Shown here piece after piece: positions 18,328 to 26,317 of a stretch of DNA of 64,000 nucleotides. The notes under the pieces were generated by a model. The model was not told where the DNA came from and searched no databases. It was given only the letters and a program-made list of their open reading frames with translations. Both the position numbers and the translations under genes were made by a program. Position 1 is the first letter of the stretch, and every line of letters starts with the position of its first letter. Origin of the DNA: Bacillota bacterium (GTDB lineage Bacteria; Bacillota; UBA994; UBA5500); contig JAMNZE010000011.1 in the NCBI GenBank assembly GCA_023622465.1, positions 1,588 through 65,587 on the forward strand, in the 5' to 3' direction.

Positions 18328-19350
18328 TTATCTTAATGTGACCAAGGTCTCAGAAAAAGGTGGCTTAATGATGCCCTTCTCAGTGATCAAGGCGGTTACC
18401 AAGCGGGCCGGGGTCACATCAAAGGCCGGATTCCAGACCTGCGTACCCTCCGGCGCTAAGGGGAAATCGCCCACATGGGTAACTTCCTTCGCTTCCCGCT
18501 CTTCTATAACAATTTCCTCGCCCGACCGGATACCCAAATCGAGGGTAGACAGCGGACAAGCCACATAAAAGGGAATCTGGTGCTCTTTAGCAAGTACAGC
18601 TAGTGTATAAGTGCCAATCTTATTAGCCACATCGCCGTTGGCGGCCACCCGGTCAGCACCCACAATTACTAAGTCAACCCCCCCCTTGGCCATCAACCAA
18701 CCGGCCATGCTATCGGTAATGAGGGTAACGGGAATACCGTCTTGCATCAATTCAAAGGTGGTAAGACGGCTGCCCTGCAAATAGGGGCGCGTTTCATCGG
18801 CGAAGACTTCCACCTGCTTGCCCTGCTCCACAGCGGCTCGAATCACACCCAAGGCCGTACCATAACCCACGGTAGCCAACGCCCCCGCATTACAATGGGT
18901 TAGTATACGAGCCCGGTCAGGTACTAATTGGGCGCCGAAGCGTCCGATAGCCCGGTTTACCTCCACGTCTTCGGCCGCAATAGCGTCGGCTTCTTGCTCC
19001 AGCCGAACAGCCAGGGCACTGCCACACAGGCCGCTGCAGACTCTCAACATGCGCTCGATAGCCCAAGCCAAATTCACCGCCGTTGGACGGGTGGCACGCA
19101 ATTCGGCAGCGGCCCGCTCCAACACTGCCTGGCAAGCGGCCGGCGTAACCTCCTGCTGACAGGCTTGGGCCGCCAATACTAGGCCATAGGCAGCAGCCGC
19201 CCCAATGGCCGGCGCCCCTCTTACAATCATCTGCTTAATAGCCTTAGCCACATCCTGATAGGTATGGCATTCAACCCAGTCTATTGTGGCCGGTAATTTG
19301 GTTTGATCTAGTAGTTTCAGACTGTGACCAGTCCAAGCAACCGCTCGCAT
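18328..19350 (-). CDS. mtnA: S-methyl-5-thioribose-1-phosphate isomerase-like (eIF-2B alpha/beta/delta family, MtnA-like)
   Basis: The catalytic-region motifs CNAGALAT and GADRVAANGDVANKIGTY match MtnA. Confidence 0.7.
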   Translation of the reverse strand: MRAVAWTGHSLKLLDQTKLPATIDWVECHTYQDVAKAIKQMIVRGAPAIGAAAAYGLVLAAQACQQEVTPAACQAVLERAAAELRATRPTAVNLAWAIERMLRVCSGLCGSALAVRLEQEADAIAAEDVEVNRAIGRFGAQLVPDRARILTHCNAGALATVGYGTALGVIRAAVEQGKQVEVFADETRPYLQGSRLTTFELMQDGIPVTLITDSMAGWLMAKGGVDLVIVGADRVAANGDVANKIGTYTLAVLAKEHQIPFYVACPLSTLDLGIRSGEEIVIEEREAKEVTHVGDFPLAPEGTQVWNPAFDVTPARLVTALITEKGIIKPPFSETLVTLR

Positions 19351-19389
19351 CTTTCGCTCCCGCCCTTCTATACAAATGCAATTTGCCTT

Positions 19390-20322
19390 TTACAGTCTTC
19401 GCCACTTTGTTGCTACTTCCTGCTCCTCCAGATCAACTAATAGGTGATCCATGGACTGCTCCAGCTGCAGCACCGGTTTAAACAGATCGCCATGAATCTG
19501 GAGGCGATCTTTAATCGTTAGAATTGTGAAGTCCTGAGGACGAACTTGCATCCCTTCTATTTCAGCCCAAGTGACTGGGGTGGATACGGGGGCTCCTCCT
19601 TTTGGGCGCACACCATAAACGGTAGCCAGGGTCTGACCGAAAGCGTTTTGTAGGTAATCTAAATAGAGCTTACCTTCCCGTTTAGCAATGGTCCGTTCCA
19701 TGGTAGTAATCTCCGGCAAGACCGAGTGCACTGCTTGGCATAGCGCCTTAGCTACTAGCCGGATCTGTTCATAGGTATAAACCGGCCTTACGGGCACAAA
19801 AATTTGTATTCCTGTTGATCCGGAAAGCTTAGGAAAGCCTTTTAGTCCCCACAACTCCAACCCTTTCCCGACGGCTATAGCTGTTTGACAGATGTCTTCC
19901 CAGGTGGCCTTTTCCATCGGGTCCAAATCCAAAACCATATAAGTAGGATGCAACAAGTTGTCGGCGCGCGAAAGAAAGGGATGAATCTCAAAGGCACCGG
20001 AATTTACGACCCAAATCAACGAGGCCACATCGTCTACTAAGCAGTAATTGATGACTCGTCCTTTATCCGATTCTACAGGATAGGTTTTTAACCAGCTGGG
20101 GGCATGCTGGGGGGTGTTCTTTTGATAAAAGGATTTACCGAGCCACCCCTCAGGATATCGGGTTAAAACCAGTGGGCGCCCCTGCAAATGGGGTAACAGC
20201 CAGGGAGCGATTTCGATGTAATAATTGATTACATCGCCCTTTGTTATCCCCTCCTCAGGCCACCAAAGCTTATCTAAATTGGTAACGGTTACTTCCCGGT
20301 CGCCAATCTTTAGTGTAGCCAT
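19390..20322 (-). CDS. ligD: NHEJ DNA polymerase/primase domain protein (LigD polymerase domain, stand-alone)
   Basis: The protein is LigD_Pol/PolDom-like (WWPEEGITKGD, the archaeo-eukaryotic primase fold region). It overlaps the ligase gene by 13 nt. Confidence 0.75.
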   Translation of the reverse strand: MATLKIGDREVTVTNLDKLWWPEEGITKGDVINYYIEIAPWLLPHLQGRPLVLTRYPEGWLGKSFYQKNTPQHAPSWLKTYPVESDKGRVINYCLVDDVASLIWVVNSGAFEIHPFLSRADNLLHPTYMVLDLDPMEKATWEDICQTAIAVGKGLELWGLKGFPKLSGSTGIQIFVPVRPVYTYEQIRLVAKALCQAVHSVLPEITTMERTIAKREGKLYLDYLQNAFGQTLATVYGVRPKGGAPVSTPVTWAEIEGMQVRPQDFTILTIKDRLQIHGDLFKPVLQLEQSMDHLLVDLEEQEVATKWRRL

Positions 20323-21275
20323 GGAGGCACCTCCCCTGGGGGTAAGCTACAGTCCGCCTTTGTCACTGGCAAGAAACCTAACACCACCGGCGCCCGCAGT
20401 TTACCGTCGGCCGACCACTCCTGGAAACGGATTTTGGCTGCCAAATAAGGCTCCACCCAACAGATCCGGCGGTCACCTTCCGCTGGTACGGTAGAAATAA
20501 ATGGACTTTGCTCCCGTTCTGCCGCCTGTAAGAATCCTTGTAGGGCCTCCCAATCAGCAGCCTTAAGACCGCTGGCGGCCCGCCCCACATAAACTAACCC
20601 TTTCTCTCCATATAGTCCCAGGAGAAGAGCGGAAGGCAAACCGTTGCGCAGGGTATAACCCCCTACTGCGCAATCAAGCTGACGCCAATGTTTTACTTTA
20701 CGCCAATCGGTGCTCTTTTTTCCCGGTCTATAGGCGCTTTGTAGCCGTTTGCATACGATCCCTTCCCAGCCCAGTTGACCCACCGCCTTATAGAGGGCTT
20801 TCCCTTCAGGAAAATTCTCCACCAGGTGTAGTTGGGAACATCCATCGGGCCAATTCTCGGCCAAAGTAGCCTGTCGAGCCTCTAATGGCCAAGGGCGAAT
20901 ATCCTTGCCCTGCCAATAAAGCATATCGAAAACCGCATAGGTAACAGGAAATTCCTCCATTCCCCGTCTTATTGCTGCCGCTTGCCGCCGTTGCTCCCGT
21001 TTGAGGATAAGCTCAAACTGTGGTTTTCCAGCGGCTAGCACCACCAGCTCCCCGTCCACTACCGTGCCGGCGGGAAAGGCGGTCACCAGCTGGGCAATTT
21101 CCGGGTATTGCTGGGTACGGCTGACTCCCTTACGGTTTATCAACTGCACCTGTTGGCTAGACCAAAGGGCTAACATGCGCACCCCATCCCATTTGACTTG
21201 GAAGGTCCAGCCGGCCTCATTAAAGGGTTCGGGCCAAGGAATCGGCTCCATGGGGCGCAAGTCATAATTACCCAT
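20310..21275 (-). CDS. ligD: ATP-dependent DNA ligase (LigD ligase domain, stand-alone)
   Basis: It has the adenylation motif I KxDG (KWDGVR) and an OB-fold region, and lies 2 nt after ku. Confidence 0.8.
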   Translation of the reverse strand: MGNYDLRPMEPIPWPEPFNEAGWTFQVKWDGVRMLALWSSQQVQLINRKGVSRTQQYPEIAQLVTAFPAGTVVDGELVVLAAGKPQFELILKREQRRQAAAIRRGMEEFPVTYAVFDMLYWQGKDIRPWPLEARQATLAENWPDGCSQLHLVENFPEGKALYKAVGQLGWEGIVCKRLQSAYRPGKKSTDWRKVKHWRQLDCAVGGYTLRNGLPSALLLGLYGEKGLVYVGRAASGLKAADWEALQGFLQAAEREQSPFISTVPAEGDRRICWVEPYLAAKIRFQEWSADGKLRAPVVLGFLPVTKADCSLPPGEVPPWLH

Positions 21276-21277
21276 CG

Positions 21278-22066
21278 TTACGCACCCGTTTTTTGCTTGC
21301 TTTTTTCCACTAGTGCTAAGCTGGCCTGCAAAGCCTCCATTAGGTCGATTACCTGACCCGAAGGTTGTTCTTTAGGCACGGCCACTGCCTCACCGGCAAT
21401 CTTGGCTTCGATCACCTTCAGTAACTCATCCCGGTAATCGTCGGTATACTTTTCCGGTTGGAAAGAGCCGCTCAAGCTTTCAATTAACTGGGTAGCCATC
21501 CGCATCTCCCCCTCCTGCAAGGCGATTTCACGCTCTGGGAGAAGGGAATCGGCCGCTCGGATTTCATCGGGATAAAACATCAAGGCTAAGGATAAACACT
21601 GGGGCAAAACCCGGACGGCCGCCAAGTGTTGCTTGTTGCGTAATACCACTTTAGCAATAGCGACTTTTCCCGTTTCTTCCATAGCCTTACGTAGCAACCA
21701 GTAGGCTTTTTGCCCCGTGTCCCCTACCCCTAGATAATAAGATTTATAAAAATAGATGGGGTCGATTTCCTCTAAATCTACAAAGTCGATAATATCGATG
21801 GAGCGGGTTTGGGCAATAGCCAGCGCTTCCAGTTCCTCTTCATCCAAAACTACAAAGCGCCCCTTCTCGTACTCGTAGGCCTTCACCAACTCCTCGGCTG
21901 CCACCTCCTGCTGGCAGGTGGGGCAAAACTTGCGATACTGAATTGGCGTATTACAGGCCTTATGTAAGGTGCGAAAGCGAATATCCTTGTCTTGGGTAGC
22001 CGCAAACATTTTCACTGGCACATTGACTAGACCAAAGCTTATAGATCCATTCCAAATACTGCGCAT
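21278..22066 (-). CDS. ku: Ku protein (non-homologous end joining)
   Basis: The N-terminus SIWNGSISFGLVNVPVKMF is a Ku core hallmark. Confidence 0.85.
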   Translation of the reverse strand: MRSIWNGSISFGLVNVPVKMFAATQDKDIRFRTLHKACNTPIQYRKFCPTCQQEVAAEELVKAYEYEKGRFVVLDEEELEALAIAQTRSIDIIDFVDLEEIDPIYFYKSYYLGVGDTGQKAYWLLRKAMEETGKVAIAKVVLRNKQHLAAVRVLPQCLSLALMFYPDEIRAADSLLPEREIALQEGEMRMATQLIESLSGSFQPEKYTDDYRDELLKVIEAKIAGEAVAVPKEQPSGQVIDLMEALQASLALVEKSKQKTGA

Positions 22067-22136
22067 AAGAAAACCACCTCCAGTAGGCTTTTGTTTCTAG
22101 CCTAACCGTCGGTGGTATGCTTTAGTCTATCGAAAT

Positions 22137-22928
22137 CTAGCGCTCACAGGGTGCAGTGCAGTCGGTACATTCCCGCTTTCTGGCTTTCAGCGGTGGCTCC
22201 TGTTTCAATTTCTGCACATATTCCATGACCACCTTTATGGCATCGGCCGCACCTTGAGCCGCAATCGTAACCGCACCTTCCGAGCCATCCACTCCTCCGG
22301 CTGCTACAACGGCAGCTTCCACGCCAAAGAGACCATTAAGAGCTTCGATCTCAGTGATTATTTCTCCGGTACTCACCACGAACATGCCGCAAGCCATCCC
22401 TACACGCTGATCGATCCGGCCATGGCCTAAGAGACTACTGGCAGTAACCACGTCGGGGACCAGCTTCTCCATGCCTACCGGCATTACTAAATGGGCGCCA
22501 CTGCCAGCTAGATAACCCATAGCTTGCCCGATAGTCCCTCCCGAACTGGAACCGAGCAAAATCCCCGCATTACCCAACAGGTCAAAAGCATTTGCCCCTT
22601 TGATAAACACATCATCTGGGCCAAAATCTTTAATAACCTCGGTCCACGGTTGGTCAACCCGTTCCCCTTGCACAAAAACCGCCGATGCTAAGCGAGTAGC
22701 CGGGTCAGTAGTGCAAGCCACACCATCGGTTATGATACCGGCAGTGTACCTACCTTTATCGATGGTAGTCCCCGTTAATTCTTCCAACACATAGGCGTTA
22801 GTGGTACCACCGGCAATTATCAAGCGTCCGTGGCGCAAAGCCTGCTGTACGCAAGCCATTTCTGCCACCGCCTTTCCGATCAGGCGCTTAGATTGACTCG
22901 GGGTTAACGTAAAAAAGCATGTCTGCAT
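22137..22928 (-). CDS. hypothetical protein with Gly-rich loops and a C-terminal CTDCTAPC motif
   Basis: This 263-aa protein contains IIAGGTTNAY, GSSSGGTIG and AAGGVDGSEG, and ends in ...KRECTDCTAPCER. No family was recognised. Confidence 0.3.
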   Translation of the reverse strand: MQTCFFTLTPSQSKRLIGKAVAEMACVQQALRHGRLIIAGGTTNAYVLEELTGTTIDKGRYTAGIITDGVACTTDPATRLASAVFVQGERVDQPWTEVIKDFGPDDVFIKGANAFDLLGNAGILLGSSSGGTIGQAMGYLAGSGAHLVMPVGMEKLVPDVVTASSLLGHGRIDQRVGMACGMFVVSTGEIITEIEALNGLFGVEAAVVAAGGVDGSEGAVTIAAQGAADAIKVVMEYVQKLKQEPPLKARKRECTDCTAPCER

Positions 22929-22990
22929 GTCTTGTACCTCCTGCCCATTTCAACTATGTATTTATTGTTATTATAACGCATGTAGTGGGT

Positions 22991-23629
22991 TTAGGCTGTT
23001 TCGCTAATTCGAGCGTCGATCTTTCGCTTGACACGGCAGAGGGCATTATCCACGGCTTTTGGTGTAGTATCCAGAGCTGATGCGATTTCCCGGTAGGTTT
23101 GGTCATTTAAGTACAACAAGAAAACTTTATATTCAAAATCGCTGAGCAAATACCGCAAGCTATCACATACGGCCTCCAACTGTTCCCGCACCAAGAACAT
23201 CTCCGCCGGGTCGGACGTTCTTTCATCGGGCAACACTTCTAGTAACTGGCGGTCCGAACCATCGGTATAAATAGGCTTGTCCAGTGAAAGGTAATAATTC
23301 AAAGGCGCATGTTTTTGGCGAGAAGCAGCTTTTACAGCAGTAATTACTTGGCGTGTTATGCACATTTCCGCAAAGGGGCGAAAGCTTGTCCCTCGCAAAG
23401 GCGAAAAATCCCGGATCGCTTTATGCAAACCAATCATGCCTTCTTGCAGGATATCATCCCGATCGGCCCCGGCGATGAAATAGGATTTTGCTTTGCTCAT
23501 GATCAACGATCGGTATTTAAGAAGCAAATAGTCGCTGGCTCCCTCGTCCCCCTTTTGGGCAGCTTCTACCAACTCTTCATCGGTCAGTTGCGCATAAGAA
23601 GCCTGCTCGCCCTCGGTCCATTGCAGCAT
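22991..23629 (-). CDS. sigH: RNA polymerase sigma-H factor
   Basis: Sigma-70 regions 2 and 4 are present, and the DYLLLKYRSLIMSKAKSYF signature is typical of Spo0H/SigH. Confidence 0.85.
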   Translation of the reverse strand: MLQWTEGEQASYAQLTDEELVEAAQKGDEGASDYLLLKYRSLIMSKAKSYFIAGADRDDILQEGMIGLHKAIRDFSPLRGTSFRPFAEMCITRQVITAVKAASRQKHAPLNYYLSLDKPIYTDGSDRQLLEVLPDERTSDPAEMFLVREQLEAVCDSLRYLLSDFEYKVFLLYLNDQTYREIASALDTTPKAVDNALCRVKRKIDARISETA

Positions 23630-23685
23630 TATACCTAACCCCCTGGTGCAAATTATTTTGTTATTAAGTAGCTTTGCTTCACAAA

Positions 23686-23715
23686 GATAATAACTAACAA
23701 ATATATCCTTGTCAA
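23686..23715 (-). promoter_or_regulatory. candidate sigma-A promoter for sigH
   Basis: On the minus strand TTGACA is followed by about 18 nt and TATTAT, roughly 55 nt upstream of the start. Confidence 0.5.
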
Positions 23716-23876
23716 TGCAATATGCTGAAAATTACGTACTATACCTGCAATTCGACACTATTCCATACACTTCGACATCTCGCTATTTTTTTCCTGTTGC
23801 ATTGCCCACCACAGCGTGTTATACTTATTCTCGCCCGCTCCTTTGGCGGACCAAGATTTACACACAAAATAAGAAC

Positions 23877-23905
23877 TTGACGACATAATTTAAATCGGTT
23901 ATAAT
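23877..23905 (+). promoter_or_regulatory. sigma-A promoter for the tRNA cluster
   Basis: TTGACG, a 17-nt spacer and TATAAT lie about 15 nt before tRNA-Pro. Confidence 0.7.
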
Positions 23906-23920
23906 TCTACATGTCCGCCG

Positions 23921-23998
23921 CGGGGCGTAGCGCAGTTTGGCTAGCGCGCCTGCCTTGGGAGCAGGAGGCCGGGGGTTCAAATCCCTCCGCCCCGACCA
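23921..23998 (+). tRNA. tRNA-Pro (anticodon TGG)
   Basis: The acceptor stem is cggggcg/cgccccg, the anticodon loop is ctTGGga and CCA is encoded. Confidence 0.9.
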
Positions 23999-24007
23999 TT
24001 GTATCGT

Positions 24008-24082
24008 GGCCCCATAGTGAAGCGGTTAACACACCAGCCTTTCACGCTGGCGGCGCGGGTTCGAATCCCGCTGGGGTCACCA
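24008..24082 (+). tRNA. tRNA-Glu (anticodon TTC)
   Basis: The anticodon stem-loop is ccagc-ctTTCac-gctgg with a GGTTCGAATCC T-arm, and CCA is encoded. Confidence 0.9.
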
Positions 24083-24095
24083 TCTTTGACAATCA

Positions 24096-24171
<76 letters not shown>

Positions 24172-24179
24172 TATAACGG

Positions 24180-24264
24180 GGAGGGATACCCAAGTGGCTA
24201 AAGGGGGCAGACTGTAAATCTGCTGGCAGTGCCTTCGCTGGTTCGAATCCAGCTCCCTCCACCA
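24180..24264 (+). tRNA. tRNA-Tyr (anticodon GTA)
   Basis: It has a long variable arm, an anticodon loop ctGTAaa and an encoded CCA. Confidence 0.9.
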
Positions 24265-24275
24265 CTTTCCTTCGC

Positions 24276-24350
24276 TGGGGTGTAGCCAAGTGGTAAGGCA
24301 CAGGACTTTGACTCCTGCATTCGTTGGTTCGAATCCAGCCACCCCAGCCA
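24276..24350 (+). tRNA. tRNA-Gln (anticodon TTG)
   Basis: The anticodon stem-loop is cagga-ctTTGac-tcctg, and CCA is encoded. Confidence 0.9.
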
Positions 24351-24357
24351 TTTTCAT

Positions 24358-24432
24358 GGGCCATTAGCTCAGTGGTAGAGCATCCGCCTTTTAAGCGGAG
24401 AGTCGTTGGTTCGAGTCCAACATGGCCCACCA
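24358..24432 (+). tRNA. tRNA-Lys (anticodon TTT)
   Basis: The anticodon stem-loop is tccgc-ctTTTaa-gcgga, and CCA is encoded. Confidence 0.9.
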
Positions 24433-24446
24433 TTTCTTTATAATCT

Positions 24447-24532
24447 GCGAGGGTGGCGGAATTGGCAGACGCGCTAGACTTAGGATCTAGTACCCTTGTG
24501 GTGTAGGGGTTCGACTCCCCTCCTTCGCACCA
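24447..24532 (+). tRNA. tRNA-Leu (anticodon TAG)
   Basis: It has a long variable arm, an anticodon loop ctTAGga and an encoded CCA. Confidence 0.9.
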
Positions 24533-24540
24533 ATGAAATC

Positions 24541-24571
24541 GAAAACGGAGCATTTTTGCTCCGTTTTTTGT
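24541..24571 (+). terminator. rho-independent terminator after the tRNA cluster
   Basis: An aaaacggagca/tgctccgtttt stem is followed by a T-run. Confidence 0.8.
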
Positions 24572-24806
24572 TATATATCTGGCTTACCCTTTTCCTGCTC
24601 ATACTAATGGTCTTGTTTATTTGCCCCCCGATGCTTGGTACCTGGCGGAAAGAGGTATGATCACCACCGCCACGATGATTGCCGACTTGAAAGAACCCTA
24701 CTAGACAAGTGGTGAAATACTATTTTGGCAAGCAGAAAGGCAGTAGATTTTGCTTGGAACCGGGAGTAGCCTCACAGGTCCCCTACGCGGTATCTACTGC
24801 CCTTTT

Positions 24807-25589
24807 CTATGCCCTTTGATAAAAAAAGGAGTCGAAAATGCGAAAGCCATATTCCTGAGGGCGAAACATCTGTTCTGTGCTACCCAAAAATAGTACTCCG
24901 CCGGATTTGAGACTAGCGGCAAACTGCCAATAGAGCTTATGCTTAATTTCATCGGTGAAATATATCAGCACGTTGCGGCAAACAATCAAATCCAGATCTT
25001 GCGGGTAGGGGTCGGCCAGTAGATTGTGTTTACGAAATTCGACAGTCTGACGAATTTCCGGAGCAACTTCAAAGGTGCTGGGCCTCTCAATTATGTATTT
25101 GCTTCTAAAACGCTGGGGAATCTGGCTGATTTGACCTTTAGGATAAACGGCAGCTTGGGCCCGTTGCATAACTCCCATATCAATATCCGTCGCCAAAATA
25201 CTGAAACTAACCCCGGGGAAGGAGTCGCGCAACAACATGGCCAACGAATAGGGCTCTTCCCCGCTGGAACAAGCCGCACTCCAGATTCTTAAATGCTGAG
25301 TGGCATTTAAGCCTAATAATTCGGGAAGTACCTTTTTCTCTAAGACTCGCCACCGCTCCTCGTTACGGAAGAACTCGGATACGTTAATTGTAATTCGATC
25401 TATAAATTCATCTAAAGCCTGTTTATCAGTCGCTAACAAGTCATAGTAGGCTAAGAAAGAGTGGAAGCCCCGTCGGTTCATCAGGCTGGTGATCCGCCGC
25501 CTCATCTGCTTCTCTTTGTAATTGCTCAGATCCACGTCGATAAGTTGTTTAACCTTGCCCGTAAACAATGCATACTCGTCGGTGGCCAT
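24807..25589 (-). CDS. cheR: chemotaxis protein methyltransferase CheR
   Basis: It has the CheR N-terminal helical domain and a SAM-dependent methyltransferase domain (VNVSEFFRN, IWSAACSSGEEPYS). Confidence 0.85.
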   Translation of the reverse strand: MATDEYALFTGKVKQLIDVDLSNYKEKQMRRRITSLMNRRGFHSFLAYYDLLATDKQALDEFIDRITINVSEFFRNEERWRVLEKKVLPELLGLNATQHLRIWSAACSSGEEPYSLAMLLRDSFPGVSFSILATDIDMGVMQRAQAAVYPKGQISQIPQRFRSKYIIERPSTFEVAPEIRQTVEFRKHNLLADPYPQDLDLIVCRNVLIYFTDEIKHKLYWQFAASLKSGGVLFLGSTEQMFRPQEYGFRIFDSFFYQRA

Positions 25590-25725
25590 CGAGAACCTCC
25601 TCCCTTCTTTCGTTTATCTGGTCAAACAAACAGCAGCCGCTCTTCTCCATACTAGGGTTCAGATAGGCTGCTGCAATCACTCGCATATGATCTTGGCCAG
25701 CTTTGGAGAGGTATTAGACGGGCCG

Positions 25726-26106
25726 TTACAGGCTAACAACCTGTTTAGGCGCAGGCGAGTCAAAAATGCCTCGCTCAACCTCCGTAGCTGTCATATTTTG
25801 AGCCTGAAAGTGCTTGGTGATATAGTTGCATGCGTCCCAGGGGTTAACACGATCACCACAGGTGAAAACGTCAACTGCTGCATAACCTAATTCTGGCCAA
25901 CTATGAATTGCCAGATGCGATTCGGAGATTACAACAACGCCACTAACACCCTGAGGGCTAAATTTATGGAACACCACTTCGCGTATTTCGGCACCGGCCT
26001 CTAAGGCCGCATTAACCATGATCTTTTCCACCAGCTGCACATCGTTGAGAATGTCAGCAGGGCATCCATAAATTTCAGCCAGAATATGACGGCCCAGTGG
26101 ATTCAT
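25726..26106 (-). CDS. speH: S-adenosylmethionine decarboxylase proenzyme (class 1A, SpeH)
   Basis: The 126-aa protein has the self-processing site in ESHLAIHSWPE. Confidence 0.8.
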   Translation of the reverse strand: MNPLGRHILAEIYGCPADILNDVQLVEKIMVNAALEAGAEIREVVFHKFSPQGVSGVVVISESHLAIHSWPELGYAAVDVFTCGDRVNPWDACNYITKHFQAQNMTATEVERGIFDSPAPKQVVSL

Positions 26107-26153
26107 CTAATTCCTCTTCCTCCTTTTTCCAGTAATTTATTAGTGGTCAATTC

Positions 26154-26181
26154 ATTCTAGCAAATTGTTCAAGAAAGTCAA
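26154..26181 (-). promoter_or_regulatory. candidate sigma-A promoter for speH
   Basis: On the minus strand TTGACT is followed by 16 nt and TAGAAT, about 45 nt upstream of the start. Confidence 0.5.
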
Positions 26182-26197
26182 TTGCCTGACAGCAGGG

Positions 26198-26235
26198 AAA
26201 AAATATCGCGCCTATAGCTCTTCGCTATAGACGCG
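26198..26235 (-). terminator. terminator after the GGDEF/EAL gene
   Basis: A near-perfect 12-bp stem (cgcgcctatagc/gctatagacgcg) is followed by a U-run on the minus strand. Confidence 0.55.
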
Positions 26236-26317
26236 AAAACTGCTGTAGGAAATTGCTACTTGGCTAGGCCTGATGAAATTGACTAGGACTTATTGTAGAG
26301 GAAAAGCCTTGTCCATG

